From contig DXJV01000019.1 of the NCBI GenBank assembly GCA_019056785.1, positions 1 to 64,000 on the forward strand: a stretch of 64,000 nt of DNA. Direction: 5' to 3'. The DNA comes from Candidatus Heimdallarchaeota archaeon (GTDB taxonomy: Archaea; Asgardarchaeota; Heimdallarchaeia; JABLTI01). The notes under the pieces are model-generated. The model was not told the DNA's origin and searched no databases. It saw only the letters and a list, made by a program, of their open reading frames with translations. Position 1 is the first letter of the stretch. Each line of letters starts with the position of its first letter. Made by a program: the position numbers and the translations under genes. This document shows, piece after piece, positions 10,283 through 20,373 of this stretch.

Positions 10283-12994
10283 ATGGCGAAACAGAACAAT
10301 CATGTTAAAACGCTCTTTGCAGCTATTTTAGCCGTGGGTCTTTCATTTTTAGTTGTATTGGCTTCGGGAGCCTTTGATCCATTTAAAAATCTGCAAACAA
10401 CCCCTTCGGTGGGGATAATTTTAACAACAAATCCAGAGGGAGACCCCAATGACTTTTCTCTAAATGCTTTTGTATTTAAAGGAGTGAGACAAGTTTCATC
10501 CACGGGATGGAACTCCTCTCAAACAAGATTGGGATATAACCCACAAACAGAGAGCGTTTTTATTAGCTGGCTCGATTATTATACACCTTTTACAAGCAAC
10601 GCCAAAACAACCCTTTTTTACAGTTATGGAAATAAAACAGTTACCGATTGGTCAGCCAATGTTTATCAAGTTAAAAATATGAATGGAACTATTCTTTCAG
10701 GCATCAACCCTTCAATAGATTTTGATAATACTGTACATTTTATCACAAGCGACATGCCCTCCAATAATTATGACCTTAATGAAACGCTTTTCATTGATGA
10801 AGCGGTGAAACAAGCAGAAACGCCCTTAATTGTTAATACAGGTAATTCAACTCTTCCTATCACTATTACTGATCACAAAGGCTTCATACATCTGGTTTGG
10901 CGAGACACCACCGATAATATAAATGGAGACCTCTATTATACCTTTTATAATGCAACTACCGGAAGCTGGAATGCTTCTTATAGCAAGATAACAACTGCCG
11001 CGGCTGTTGTTGAAAACTCTTCCCTTACAATTGCAATTGATGAGAATAACACCCTTCATTTGGTTTGGGTTGACAAACGGTCCGCAGAACAAGAATTGTA
11101 TTATTCCTATTTAGAGGAAAATGGCAGCTGGTCCACTGAAGAGAAAATTACTACTGTTGCCTATAGCCCACTGAATCCAAAAATGGCATATGACACTCAC
11201 AGTAAGAAGCTTTTATTGCTCTTCCGCGACACAGGCACTTCTAACAATCTTTACTATCTAAGCGCACCGGCAAAAGCCCAGGCAATAGATTGGAGCACAC
11301 CTCAAGCAATCAGCAATTATTTGGCAAAAAATGGCGACTTCGACATTTGTACGGACACTTACGGCAACGCCATTTTAGTTTTTGAGCGGAATGATGGTGT
11401 GCGGAACAACATTTATTTACATTATAAGAGCAGTAATGCTACAAACTGGGGCCCTCTTGAGATAGTTAGCAATCTTGCAACACCTGCTTATGACCCTTCA
11501 ATAATAGTGGCTGATGATGGCACTGTCTACATGGCTTATACCGAACTTCTAAATGGAAAAAAAGAAGTTTTCATCCGTTATGGGATTCTTGATTCAGATG
11601 GTGATGGCTTATCAGATTTAGATGAAATTAACATCTATGGAACAGATCCTTATGCAATGGACTCGGATGGAGACACGCTTTCAGATGGAGACGAAATTCT
11701 AATCTACAATACAAACCCCCTCTCGAGTGACACAGACAACGACCAAATGCCGGATAATTTTGAAATAAACTACTCTTTTGACCCCTTAAATGCGAGTGAT
11801 GCATCCTTGGATGTTGATCAAGACAATTTAACAAATCTAGAAGAATTTACCATCGGGACAAACCCGCTTGCCTTAGATACAGATCTTGACTTTCTATCAG
11901 ATGGGCAAGAACACCTCACCTATCATACTAATCCCCTGAATCCAGATACAGATGGGGATGGGCTGTTGGATGGTTATGAAACAACTTTTGGGCTTAATCC
12001 TTTGATAGCTGATGATATCAACGAAGATATTGATCATGATGGATTAACAACAGAGTTTGAATCCATCATCTGGACTGATCCTACTAACCCTGATACGGAT
12101 GGAGATGGTGTAACTGATGGACAAGAAGTAGCAGATGGCACCGATCCATTGGACCCAACAGATTATAAGGCAACGGAACCAACAAGAAATAATCGAAATA
12201 TCATTATCGGCATTCTTGTAGCAGGTGGAGCAGTTAGTGTTTTCTTACTTTTCGCTATTGTTGTTGCCCGACAATTCAAACCAAAGAAATCCTTACAGAG
12301 AAAAGAACTCGAACGAGAGGAGGCGCATTTTTCAGAAAAAGTGGGTGCTAAAGCAACAAAACCAAGGTTCGAATTTCAAAAACCAACTCCTAGGACAAAA
12401 GAAATAACTGAACTGCCAGAAACAACTCGAGAAGAACCTCCCCTCCAAGAAGAAAAGATTAAAGAAGTAAAAGTTAGCGAGCCTTCCAAGGAACCCTCTC
12501 CACCAGTGGATGAACAGCTTCTTTTAAAGAAAAAGAATGCTTTACGACAAGCAATTACTGCATTACAAAATTATGAAGAAGCATTAAGAAAAATGTTGAA
12601 AAAAGACCTGACACCCTTTAATGTAAGTACTATCACAAGAGAGGCTCTCACTGAATTTGCTGCAGATTCACAAGCATTACTTGGTGAAGCAAAAACAACA
12701 TGGTCAGCAACAATTTTACCATTAATCAAAGGTTTTGAAGAGCAACTTTTAGCAGATACTCTCGAAGCTGAAAAAATTCTTGATAATTGCAAAACAATTT
12801 CTGATAAAATCTTAGAAATCTTAGTTGCTCGTGAAATGGAAATCGTAGACGAAGAAGAAAAACGAGAGGAAATAAAGCGAAAAGCGCAAGAAGCACTAAA
12901 AAGTGAAGCACTACCCTCAGAGGGAGAAGGGGAAGAAAATAAGGTAGCTAAGAATGAACCCACAAGTGAACAGAATAAAAAAGAAGAGGAATAG
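10283..12994 (+). CDS. Membrane-anchored surface protein: N-terminal TM, putative beta-propeller, 8 DxDxDG repeats, TM, ~240-aa charged cytoplasmic tail
   Basis: HLVWxD-type blade repeats; DSDGDG repeats at ~11590-12150; TM IIIGILVAGGAVSVFLLFAIVVA. ATG 10283 (MAKQNN) is preferred over 10247. Confidence 0.85.
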   Translation: MAKQNNHVKTLFAAILAVGLSFLVVLASGAFDPFKNLQTTPSVGIILTTNPEGDPNDFSLNAFVFKGVRQVSSTGWNSSQTRLGYNPQTESVFISWLDYYTPFTSNAKTTLFYSYGNKTVTDWSANVYQVKNMNGTILSGINPSIDFDNTVHFITSDMPSNNYDLNETLFIDEAVKQAETPLIVNTGNSTLPITITDHKGFIHLVWRDTTDNINGDLYYTFYNATTGSWNASYSKITTAAAVVENSSLTIAIDENNTLHLVWVDKRSAEQELYYSYLEENGSWSTEEKITTVAYSPLNPKMAYDTHSKKLLLLFRDTGTSNNLYYLSAPAKAQAIDWSTPQAISNYLAKNGDFDICTDTYGNAILVFERNDGVRNNIYLHYKSSNATNWGPLEIVSNLATPAYDPSIIVADDGTVYMAYTELLNGKKEVFIRYGILDSDGDGLSDLDEINIYGTDPYAMDSDGDTLSDGDEILIYNTNPLSSDTDNDQMPDNFEINYSFDPLNASDASLDVDQDNLTNLEEFTIGTNPLALDTDLDFLSDGQEHLTYHTNPLNPDTDGDGLLDGYETTFGLNPLIADDINEDIDHDGLTTEFESIIWTDPTNPDTDGDGVTDGQEVADGTDPLDPTDYKATEPTRNNRNIIIGILVAGGAVSVFLLFAIVVARQFKPKKSLQRKELEREEAHFSEKVGAKATKPRFEFQKPTPRTKEITELPETTREEPPLQEEKIKEVKVSEPSKEPSPPVDEQLLLKKKNALRQAITALQNYEEALRKMLKKDLTPFNVSTITREALTEFAADSQALLGEAKTTWSATILPLIKGFEEQLLADTLEAEKILDNCKTISDKILEILVAREMEIVDEEEKREEIKRKAQEALKSEALPSEGEGEENKVAKNEPTSEQNKKEEE

Positions 12995-13006
12995 GAATCT
13001 CTTCTT

Positions 13007-13519
13007 TCAATTCTTTTTTTTATATAGTTCTTCTTGAAAAGCAATATATATCTGTTTGTTATAAAGAACCAGATAGACTTTTTGAAGAGTTAATGCAGAA
13101 AAGCTCGTTATAGTTTCGATCATTATTTTTGCGCATTCTCTAACAGGAAAACCAGCTACACCCGTCCCTAAAGCCGGAAAAGCAATTGAAGAAAGAGCCA
13201 GTTTCTCAGCGAGTTGCAGGCTTTTGAGCACGCTACTACGTAAAGATTCTGCAGTAATAAAACCATCATTTCGCATTGTAGCAGCATGAATAACATATTT
13301 TGCATTTAACTTGCCTGCGGTAGTTTCAACAGCATCTCCATGCTGAATGGGTCCTTTTTGCAAGGCTTCTTCTTCTATGATTTTACCACCCTTTCTTTTT
13401 ATTGCTCCCGCAACACCCGCGCCCATCCAAAGCTGATTATTTGCCGCATTCACAATTGCATCAGCATGGACTTCAGTTATATCTCCAAGCAACAATACTA
13501 TTTCCATCTTAATCACCAT
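13007..13519 (-). CDS. Macrodomain protein (ADP-ribose binding/hydrolase, AF1521-like)
   Basis: GDIT, DAIVNAAN, GAGVAGAI, VIHA, AFPALGTGVAGF. Confidence 0.93.
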   Translation of the reverse strand: MVIKMEIVLLLGDITEVHADAIVNAANNQLWMGAGVAGAIKRKGGKIIEEEALQKGPIQHGDAVETTAGKLNAKYVIHAATMRNDGFITAESLRSSVLKSLQLAEKLALSSIAFPALGTGVAGFPVRECAKIMIETITSFSALTLQKVYLVLYNKQIYIAFQEELYKKKN

Positions 13520-13545
13520 TAGTATGAGGTTATTAATTGATTAGT

Positions 13546-15594
13546 CTAATCTAATTTCAAGCCACTTTTCCAACCTAAAAATGCATACATGTCAGTTTCA
13601 GTTTTTGCCAGTTGATTAAGAGGCTTTCCCACACCATGGCCGGCCTGCTGTTCGACAAATAACACAATAGGTTCATCTGAGCTTGTCGCCCATTGCAACG
13701 CTGCAGCCATTTTCATCGCATGATTTGCATCCACTCGAGAGTCCGAAGCAGCAGTGACCAGCATTGTTGCGGGATAAGCTGTCCCTTTTTTGACGTTGTG
13801 ATAAGGCGAATATTTCAACAAATAATCAAATTGTTCTTTATTTTCCGAAGAGCCGTATTCAGGAATCCAATAACGAGCAATTTTAAAGAGATGATAGCGG
13901 ATCATATCCAGTAAAGGAACACCAATATAAACAGCTGCGAACAACTCTGGCTGTTGTGTAAGTACTGCCCCTGTTAATAACCCGCCATTACTCCGGCCGA
14001 AAATCGCCAAATGATCCTTCGATGTATAGCGGTTTTGAATGAGCCATTTTGCAGCATAAATAAAATCATCAAAAACATTTTGCTTCTTTTCTAACATCCC
14101 ATCACGATGCCATTGTTCGCCATATTCAGATCCCCCACGCAAATTTGCAAGAGCAATTATCCCACCTTTTTTCAGCCAAAAGAATCGAGAGAACTTTAAG
14201 TAGGGAGGTTTGATGGGGATGTTAAAACCACCATAGCCACAGAGGAGGGTAGGGTTGTTACCATCTCGAGTAAGACCTTTCTTGTGAGCTAGAAACATTG
14301 AGACCTTTGTCCCGTCTTTCGATGGATACCAAATTTGTGTAACTTCATAATTCTCAGGATTGATAGGCGATTCAATTTCATTATAAATCGCCAACTTTTT
14401 TGTTGTAACATTGAACTTGTAAATTCGGGGTGTAATGAAGAATGATTGCAACCCAAAATAATTGTCGGCAAAGGTGCTTTTACTGATCTTTTTCCCAGAC
14501 GCTACTTGGTAAATTGAACAATAGGCTGGTAAATCAAGTTCTAAAAGAAAAGTGCCTTTTTTTGAATAGACTTTCAAGTAATCAGAAGCATTTCGCATTA
14601 CTTTTACCAAGATACTATCATCAACTATCAATACTTCACTGATAATATCCTCACTTTCGGGAATCACTTCGACCCAATGTTCCTCTGTGGGGGTTGCACG
14701 CTTTGTCTTATAAAGAGCCCAACGCGGATGGTTCTTATTTGTAAGAATCCAAATTTCACCATCAATTTCTGTTGCACTGAAAAGAAAATCCTCATTCTCC
14801 ACAATTGGTATTAAATGCCCATCTTTGAGATTAAAGAGAAAAAGATCATTGTTGGTATATTTCATCACCGATATAAGCAAGAACTGTTGGTCCTCTGTTA
14901 ATTCCACGAGATAATGGTTTGTTGGGGGATATCCTTCTCCGAAAATTTTCGGGTCCTCTTCCCAAGATGTTCCCAGCTTGTGGTAAAAAATATGCTTATT
15001 ATAGTTTTCTTCTCCCTCAGGCACCGTTCCTGGAATCGGATAACGCGTATAATAGAAGCCTTTTTCATTCTTTTCCCAACACAAACTACAAAATCGTGTT
15101 CGGGGAATTTTTTCTTGTAGAAGTTCATTTGTTTCTACATTCAATATATGAAGTTCGCTCCACTCATCCCCATTTGCCGATAAACCATAAGCGAGGAATT
15201 TACCACTCTTTGAGGGGTAAAACCAATCAAGGGCGACGGGATTTTTATTGCTTAATTGGTTAGGATTGACAACTTCTTTCACTTCGTTTGTTGCTTTATC
15301 TTGGCAATAAAGTATTGGTTGATCTTCTGTTGTTGATTTTTGATAAAAGAGGTATTGTTCGGTTTGAATCGGCACTCCCAATATCCCTAAAGAGAGCAAG
15401 TCCTTTATCTCTCGAAAATGCTTCTGATAATTAGGAACCTTTGAAAGTATTTGCTCGTAATATTTATGCTGCTTCTGAAGCCATTCTTGAACTTCAGGGG
15501 CATCAAAATTTTCCAACCAACGATAGGGGTCGTCCACTTTCTTACCGTGAATAATTTCCACAATCTCTTCCCTTTTTGTTTCCGGATAATTCAT
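13546..15594 (-). CDS. Prolyl oligopeptidase (S9A)
   Basis: DPYRWLE, GRSNGG catalytic Ser, DSRV, AGHG. ATG 15594 follows a GGTG SD-like motif. Confidence 0.95.
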   Translation of the reverse strand: MNYPETKREEIVEIIHGKKVDDPYRWLENFDAPEVQEWLQKQHKYYEQILSKVPNYQKHFREIKDLLSLGILGVPIQTEQYLFYQKSTTEDQPILYCQDKATNEVKEVVNPNQLSNKNPVALDWFYPSKSGKFLAYGLSANGDEWSELHILNVETNELLQEKIPRTRFCSLCWEKNEKGFYYTRYPIPGTVPEGEENYNKHIFYHKLGTSWEEDPKIFGEGYPPTNHYLVELTEDQQFLLISVMKYTNNDLFLFNLKDGHLIPIVENEDFLFSATEIDGEIWILTNKNHPRWALYKTKRATPTEEHWVEVIPESEDIISEVLIVDDSILVKVMRNASDYLKVYSKKGTFLLELDLPAYCSIYQVASGKKISKSTFADNYFGLQSFFITPRIYKFNVTTKKLAIYNEIESPINPENYEVTQIWYPSKDGTKVSMFLAHKKGLTRDGNNPTLLCGYGGFNIPIKPPYLKFSRFFWLKKGGIIALANLRGGSEYGEQWHRDGMLEKKQNVFDDFIYAAKWLIQNRYTSKDHLAIFGRSNGGLLTGAVLTQQPELFAAVYIGVPLLDMIRYHLFKIARYWIPEYGSSENKEQFDYLLKYSPYHNVKKGTAYPATMLVTAASDSRVDANHAMKMAAALQWATSSDEPIVLFVEQQAGHGVGKPLNQLAKTETDMYAFLGWKSGLKLD

Positions 15595-15735
15595 TATTTC
15601 ACACCAATTCTTGTTAAAGTAGAAGCACAAACATATTTGTATTTTTTTTTACCGAGAAAAAAAGACATAATTTATAGATAAAAATTAAAAGAAGGGAACA
15701 AAACAACCATCTGCATTATTAAAACTCTCTCCTCT

Positions 15736-16911
15736 GTGATAATAATGATAACGGCACAACAAAAAACAAACAAGAAAGAAACTAAGGCAGGAAAACTTCT
15801 CATTGGATTTATTATTAATCCCATTGCCGGGGTTGGAGGGCGCATTGGCTTAAAAGGAAGTGACAATGCCGAAGAAGTCTGGGAGAAGCTTGCTTCAGGT
15901 GAAGGTAAGAAAGTTTCCTTGGAACGTGCCGAACGTTTTTTAAAAACAATTCCAGAACTTAAAGAGAAGATTAATTTTCTCACTTACGAAAGTGAGATGG
16001 GGGCAGATGTTTTAGAGAAAGAGGGGTTTAATTTTGAAATTATTGGTAAGATTCAAGGGGAAAGGCCAACACGCGAAGACACTATCAGAGCTGCGAGGGA
16101 GTGCTTGAAGCGGGGAGTTAAACTAGTAGTCTTTTTCGGAGGAGATGGGACAGCTTGTGACATGTTTGAAGCCGTCCAAGATAAAGTCCCCTTATTGGCT
16201 GTTCCGAGTGGTGTGAAAATGCATAGTGCGTGTTTTGCCCTCAACCCTGAAATTGGTGCGATGATTCTTAAACAATTCACAGAGGGGCAACTAAATCTCA
16301 CTCATGCAGAAGTCATGGATATTGATGAAGAAGCTTTTCGCGCCGGCAGGGTGAGTGCGAGTTTAAAAGGAATGGTTGAAATTCCTTACTTAAAATCTGC
16401 CTTTCAAGGCGGCAAGATGGCTTCTCCCGCAACCCAAGATGAGAAGCTTGACCAAAAGATCATCGCTCGACGCGTTTGTGAAGATATGGAAAGGGATACG
16501 CTCTATCTTTTGGGTTCAGGGACAACTTGCAAAGCAGTTGCCGATTACTTGGGAATTGAAAAAACCTTACTTGGGGTAGATGTCATCTATAATCGCAAAT
16601 TATTGGCACTTGACCAGAACGAACAACAACTACTCGAGTGGTTGGACAAATATCCAAAAGCAAAAATTATCGTCACTGTGATCGGAAACCAAGGGTTTAT
16701 TTTCGGACGTGGCAATCAACAATTCTCTCCCGCAGTCATTCGAAAAGTCGGCTTAGATAATATAATTTTAATCGCGACAATCTCGAAGCTTGAGAAAACA
16801 GAGAAATTACGCGTTGACACCGGCGACCCAGAATTAGATAAAGAATTACAGGGGTTTGTTAGAGTTATAACAAGTTATCATGAAGATTTGCTCATGCGTA
16901 TTGAAGAGTAA
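15736..16911 (+). CDS. ATP-NAD kinase family protein (COG3199-like)
   Basis: NPIAGVGG..GLKGSD, GGDGT, PSGVKMHS, GRGNQQ. The true start is probably a downstream ATG. Confidence 0.85.
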   Translation: MIIMITAQQKTNKKETKAGKLLIGFIINPIAGVGGRIGLKGSDNAEEVWEKLASGEGKKVSLERAERFLKTIPELKEKINFLTYESEMGADVLEKEGFNFEIIGKIQGERPTREDTIRAARECLKRGVKLVVFFGGDGTACDMFEAVQDKVPLLAVPSGVKMHSACFALNPEIGAMILKQFTEGQLNLTHAEVMDIDEEAFRAGRVSASLKGMVEIPYLKSAFQGGKMASPATQDEKLDQKIIARRVCEDMERDTLYLLGSGTTCKAVADYLGIEKTLLGVDVIYNRKLLALDQNEQQLLEWLDKYPKAKIIVTVIGNQGFIFGRGNQQFSPAVIRKVGLDNIILIATISKLEKTEKLRVDTGDPELDKELQGFVRVITSYHEDLLMRIEE

Positions 16912-16937
16912 AAAAGAGAAAAAAAGAAAAGCGGTAA

Positions 16938-18476
16938 TTATTTTTCAGTTTGCCGTTCTTGATACATCTGCCAAGAAAGTATTGGTTCTTTGGCTGCAAG
17001 TACTTCATCGATTCGTGGTACAGCTGTGTTTTGTGGGGCATTTACCAATAACTCCGGTTGCTCGTGGCATTCCTTTGCAATTTGCTTCATCGCTTCTGCA
17101 AATTTATCAAGCGTTTGTTTAGTTTCTGTCTCTGTGGGTTCTATCATTAATGCCTCATGAACAATAAGCGGGAAATAGATTGTCGGAGCATGGAAACCTA
17201 AGTCAAGAAGCCGTTTTGCAACATCGAGAGTGGAAATGCCGGTTTCTTCTTTGAGTTTTTGTCCTTCAAGAACAAATTCATGCTTTCGTGGTGTTTCTGG
17301 AGCATATGGTAAGGTCCAAGCATTACACTCGAGAATTTTCTTCTTCAAGTAGTTAGCATTAAGCACTGCTTGTTCTGAAACTCGTTTTAACCCTTCGGCT
17401 CCTTGTGAGAGCATATATGCGTAAGCCCGGACGATAACGTTAAAGTTCCCCCAAAAGCCCTTTATCTTTCCAATGGATTTTGGCACATCAAAGTTCAGGT
17501 AGTATGTTCCTGTCTTTTTATCAAATTCCGGAAGCGGTTTTGGCAAATACGGAACGAGTTTTTCTACAACCCCTACTGGCCCTGCCCCTGGACCCCCTCC
17601 TCCATGGGGTGTTGCGAATGTTTTATGCAAATTGAAATGGATAGCATCAAACCCCATATCTCCAGGTCGACAACGGCCCATTATAGCATTGAAGTTTGCA
17701 CCATCGTAATAGAGTAGGCCACCGGCATCATGGACAATTTCAGCAATCTCGCAGATCTCTTGTTCAAATAATCCCAGCGTATTTGGATTTGTCAACATTA
17801 AAGCAGCGGTTTTTTCGCTTACTACAGCTTTTAGGGCTTCGAGGTCTACCAAGCCATTCTCTCGAGACTTTATAATAACTGTCCTATAACCTGCCATTGC
17901 TGCTGTTGCAGGATTCGTTCCATGAGCACTATCGGGGATTATAATTTCTGTTCGTTGCTCGCCTTCGCCATGGTCATAATGATAGGCACGGATAACCAGT
18001 ATACCTGTAAGTTCGCCATGTGCTCCGGCTGATGGTTGTAAAGTCGTTCGCTTCATTCCTGCAAGTTCGTTTAACATTTGTTCAGTTTCATAGAGAATTC
18101 GAATATTACCCTGAACAGTTCGTGCAGGTTGGAAGGGGTGGACATCAGACAATCGTCGATCCATGGAGAGAAAATCATTAATTTTCGGGTTGTATTTCAT
18201 CGTACAACTACCAAGAGGATAGAAGTTTGTGTCAACAGAGTAGTTCATTTGTGCCAAGCGCAAATAGTGCCTTGCTAATTGGAATTCTGCAACTGATGGG
18301 AGCTTTGGTGGTTCTTTCCGCAACATTTCCTTTGGAATCAGCTTATCTGTTGCAGGCACGTTTTTCATTATCTCAGGAGGAATTTCCGGTGCATAATATT
18401 TCGGATAGTTAGTGGGCTCAAGCTCAAAGACCAGTGGCTCTTGATAGTGTGCTTGTATTATTTCTTTCTTGTTCAT
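16938..18476 (-). CDS. gcvPB: Glycine dehydrogenase (decarboxylating) subunit 2
   Basis: PLGSCTMKYNP, SAHGTNPA, HFNLHKTFATPHGGGGPG (PLP lysine). Confidence 0.97.
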   Translation of the reverse strand: MNKKEIIQAHYQEPLVFELEPTNYPKYYAPEIPPEIMKNVPATDKLIPKEMLRKEPPKLPSVAEFQLARHYLRLAQMNYSVDTNFYPLGSCTMKYNPKINDFLSMDRRLSDVHPFQPARTVQGNIRILYETEQMLNELAGMKRTTLQPSAGAHGELTGILVIRAYHYDHGEGEQRTEIIIPDSAHGTNPATAAMAGYRTVIIKSRENGLVDLEALKAVVSEKTAALMLTNPNTLGLFEQEICEIAEIVHDAGGLLYYDGANFNAIMGRCRPGDMGFDAIHFNLHKTFATPHGGGGPGAGPVGVVEKLVPYLPKPLPEFDKKTGTYYLNFDVPKSIGKIKGFWGNFNVIVRAYAYMLSQGAEGLKRVSEQAVLNANYLKKKILECNAWTLPYAPETPRKHEFVLEGQKLKEETGISTLDVAKRLLDLGFHAPTIYFPLIVHEALMIEPTETETKQTLDKFAEAMKQIAKECHEQPELLVNAPQNTAVPRIDEVLAAKEPILSWQMYQERQTEK

Positions 18477-18477
18477 T

Positions 18478-19863
18478 TTATGCTCCTCCTCCTAAGTCTT
18501 TGTCAATTTTTCGTAAAACCTTGAGAAAACGGTCAATGTCCTCGAAGGTGTGCATTTCTGTGGTACAGAAGATTGCTGTCTCACCAAGTTCTGGGTGGCA
18601 TTTTTCGAGCGTATACCCTCCGACAAAGCCCTCCTCGACAAGTCGTGTTTCAACTTCTGCCATTGTTCCTTTTGTTACCCGAACAACAAACTCGTTGTAA
18701 AACTGCCCCTTAAAGATAGGTGCCTCAAAATGCTTGAGTTTATTGATTTCACTTGCTAAGTAATGAGCTGCTTTTAAACAGTACTCTGCTGTTTTTCGCA
18801 AGCCATTGGCACCTAGTAAAGAGAGATATACTCCTGCACCAAAAGCCAAAATCGACTCATTACTACAAATATTACTTGTTGCTTTTTCTCGCCGGATGTG
18901 TTGCTCCCGGGTTGATAGGGTAAGAACAAAAGCGCGTTTCGTCCCGTCCTTTGTTTTTGTTAATCCAACAACTCGTCCGGGCATTTGTCGAATGATCTTT
19001 CTATCATATTGTAAGGAGAAAAAGCCAAAGTAGGGGCCACCAAAAGACAATGGCGTTCCCAATCCCTGTCCTTCACCGACAACAATATCAGCACCATAAT
19101 TTGCTGGTGCCTCTAAAAGCGCCAAACTAATCGGATCCACTCCAACAATCAATTTTGCACCTTTTTCATGAACAATCCGACTAACGGTTGCTGCTTCTGA
19201 TTCTATCACGCCAAAACTATTTGGATTCTCAAGATATACAGCTGCGACATTCTCGTTCATTTTTGTGCGTAAATCTTCCAGGTCCAATTCGCCTGTTTCT
19301 TTATTGAATGAAATTAATTCATAGGAAATTTTTGGACCAGCAAGATAGTTTTCAACGACAGAAAGCCTATCCGGATGGATGGATTGTGGCAACAAGACTT
19401 TTGTGCGATTATTGAACAAACGTCGACACATTAATAATGCTTCAGCAATTGCTGTTGGCCAATCATACATACTTGCATTGGTAACATTCATTCCCGTTAA
19501 TTCATTGATAAGGCTTTGGTACTCAAAAAGTCCTTGGAGCATTCCTTGTGAAACTTCAGGTTGGTAAGGGGTATATGCATTGAGAAGCTCTGGTTTTGTG
19601 ATCACTTCCTTTACCAGTGCCGGGATATAGTGAAATTGAGCTCCTCCCCCTAAGAAGGAGGTGACAGGAAGATTTTGGGAGAGGATTTCATCTAGATACA
19701 ATGAGAGATCGCGTTCGGATTTTGCAGCCGGCAATTTCAAAGGACGATTCAAGCGGACCGAGGGGGGAATGTCTTCGAATAACTCATCGATTGATCGAAT
19801 TCCAAGATAAGACTCCATTTCTTTTTGAATTGTATCAGCTGATCCTTCTTTTTGGTTTGTCAT
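18478..19863 (-). CDS. gcvPA: Glycine dehydrogenase (decarboxylating) subunit 1
   Basis: YTPYQPEVSQG, NASMYD, TREQHIRREKATSNICSN. Confidence 0.97.
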   Translation of the reverse strand: MTNQKEGSADTIQKEMESYLGIRSIDELFEDIPPSVRLNRPLKLPAAKSERDLSLYLDEILSQNLPVTSFLGGGAQFHYIPALVKEVITKPELLNAYTPYQPEVSQGMLQGLFEYQSLINELTGMNVTNASMYDWPTAIAEALLMCRRLFNNRTKVLLPQSIHPDRLSVVENYLAGPKISYELISFNKETGELDLEDLRTKMNENVAAVYLENPNSFGVIESEAATVSRIVHEKGAKLIVGVDPISLALLEAPANYGADIVVGEGQGLGTPLSFGGPYFGFFSLQYDRKIIRQMPGRVVGLTKTKDGTKRAFVLTLSTREQHIRREKATSNICSNESILAFGAGVYLSLLGANGLRKTAEYCLKAAHYLASEINKLKHFEAPIFKGQFYNEFVVRVTKGTMAEVETRLVEEGFVGGYTLEKCHPELGETAIFCTTEMHTFEDIDRFLKVLRKIDKDLGGGA

Positions 19864-19891
19864 GAAGTGATCAGTTCTCCATAAAATGACT

Positions 19892-20281
19892 CTAATGTTC
19901 TAAAGTTGCCACATATTTTTCATATTCTTCCGGTGAGAGCAATTCATCAAACTCTTCTATCTTTGAGGGCTTTATTTTCATGAACCAGCCTTCGCCGTAG
20001 GGATCTTCATTGATTGCTTCAGCAGAATCTTCGAGAGCATTATTGACAGCCACAACTTCGCCTGAAACCGGCGCTTTCAATTCCTCAACAGCTTTAACAG
20101 ATTCTATATCCGCTGCTTTGTCTCCCTTCTGAAAGACTGTTCCTTCGGTTGGTAATTCAACATACACAACATCTTTTAACAAACTCTGAGCAAAGTCAGA
20201 TACACCAACGACAATTAAATCGCCTTCTTTTCGGGCCCATTCATGGGTTTTTGCATAACGAGCATCTTTATCCAATTTCAA
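19892..20281 (-). CDS. gcvH: Glycine cleavage system H protein
   Basis: THEW, IESVKA lipoyl-Lys, NEDPYGEGW; TTG start. Confidence 0.96.
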   Translation of the reverse strand: MKLDKDARYAKTHEWARKEGDLIVVGVSDFAQSLLKDVVYVELPTEGTVFQKGDKAADIESVKAVEELKAPVSGEVVAVNNALEDSAEAINEDPYGEGWFMKIKPSKIEEFDELLSPEEYEKYVATLEH

Positions 20282-20373
20282 GGTTTTTCCTACCTCTATT
20301 AATTAATCAAGTCTTCATTTTGTTTTAATTTTAAGAATTTATTCATACTTCGAATAATTGCCCCTATTAAACT

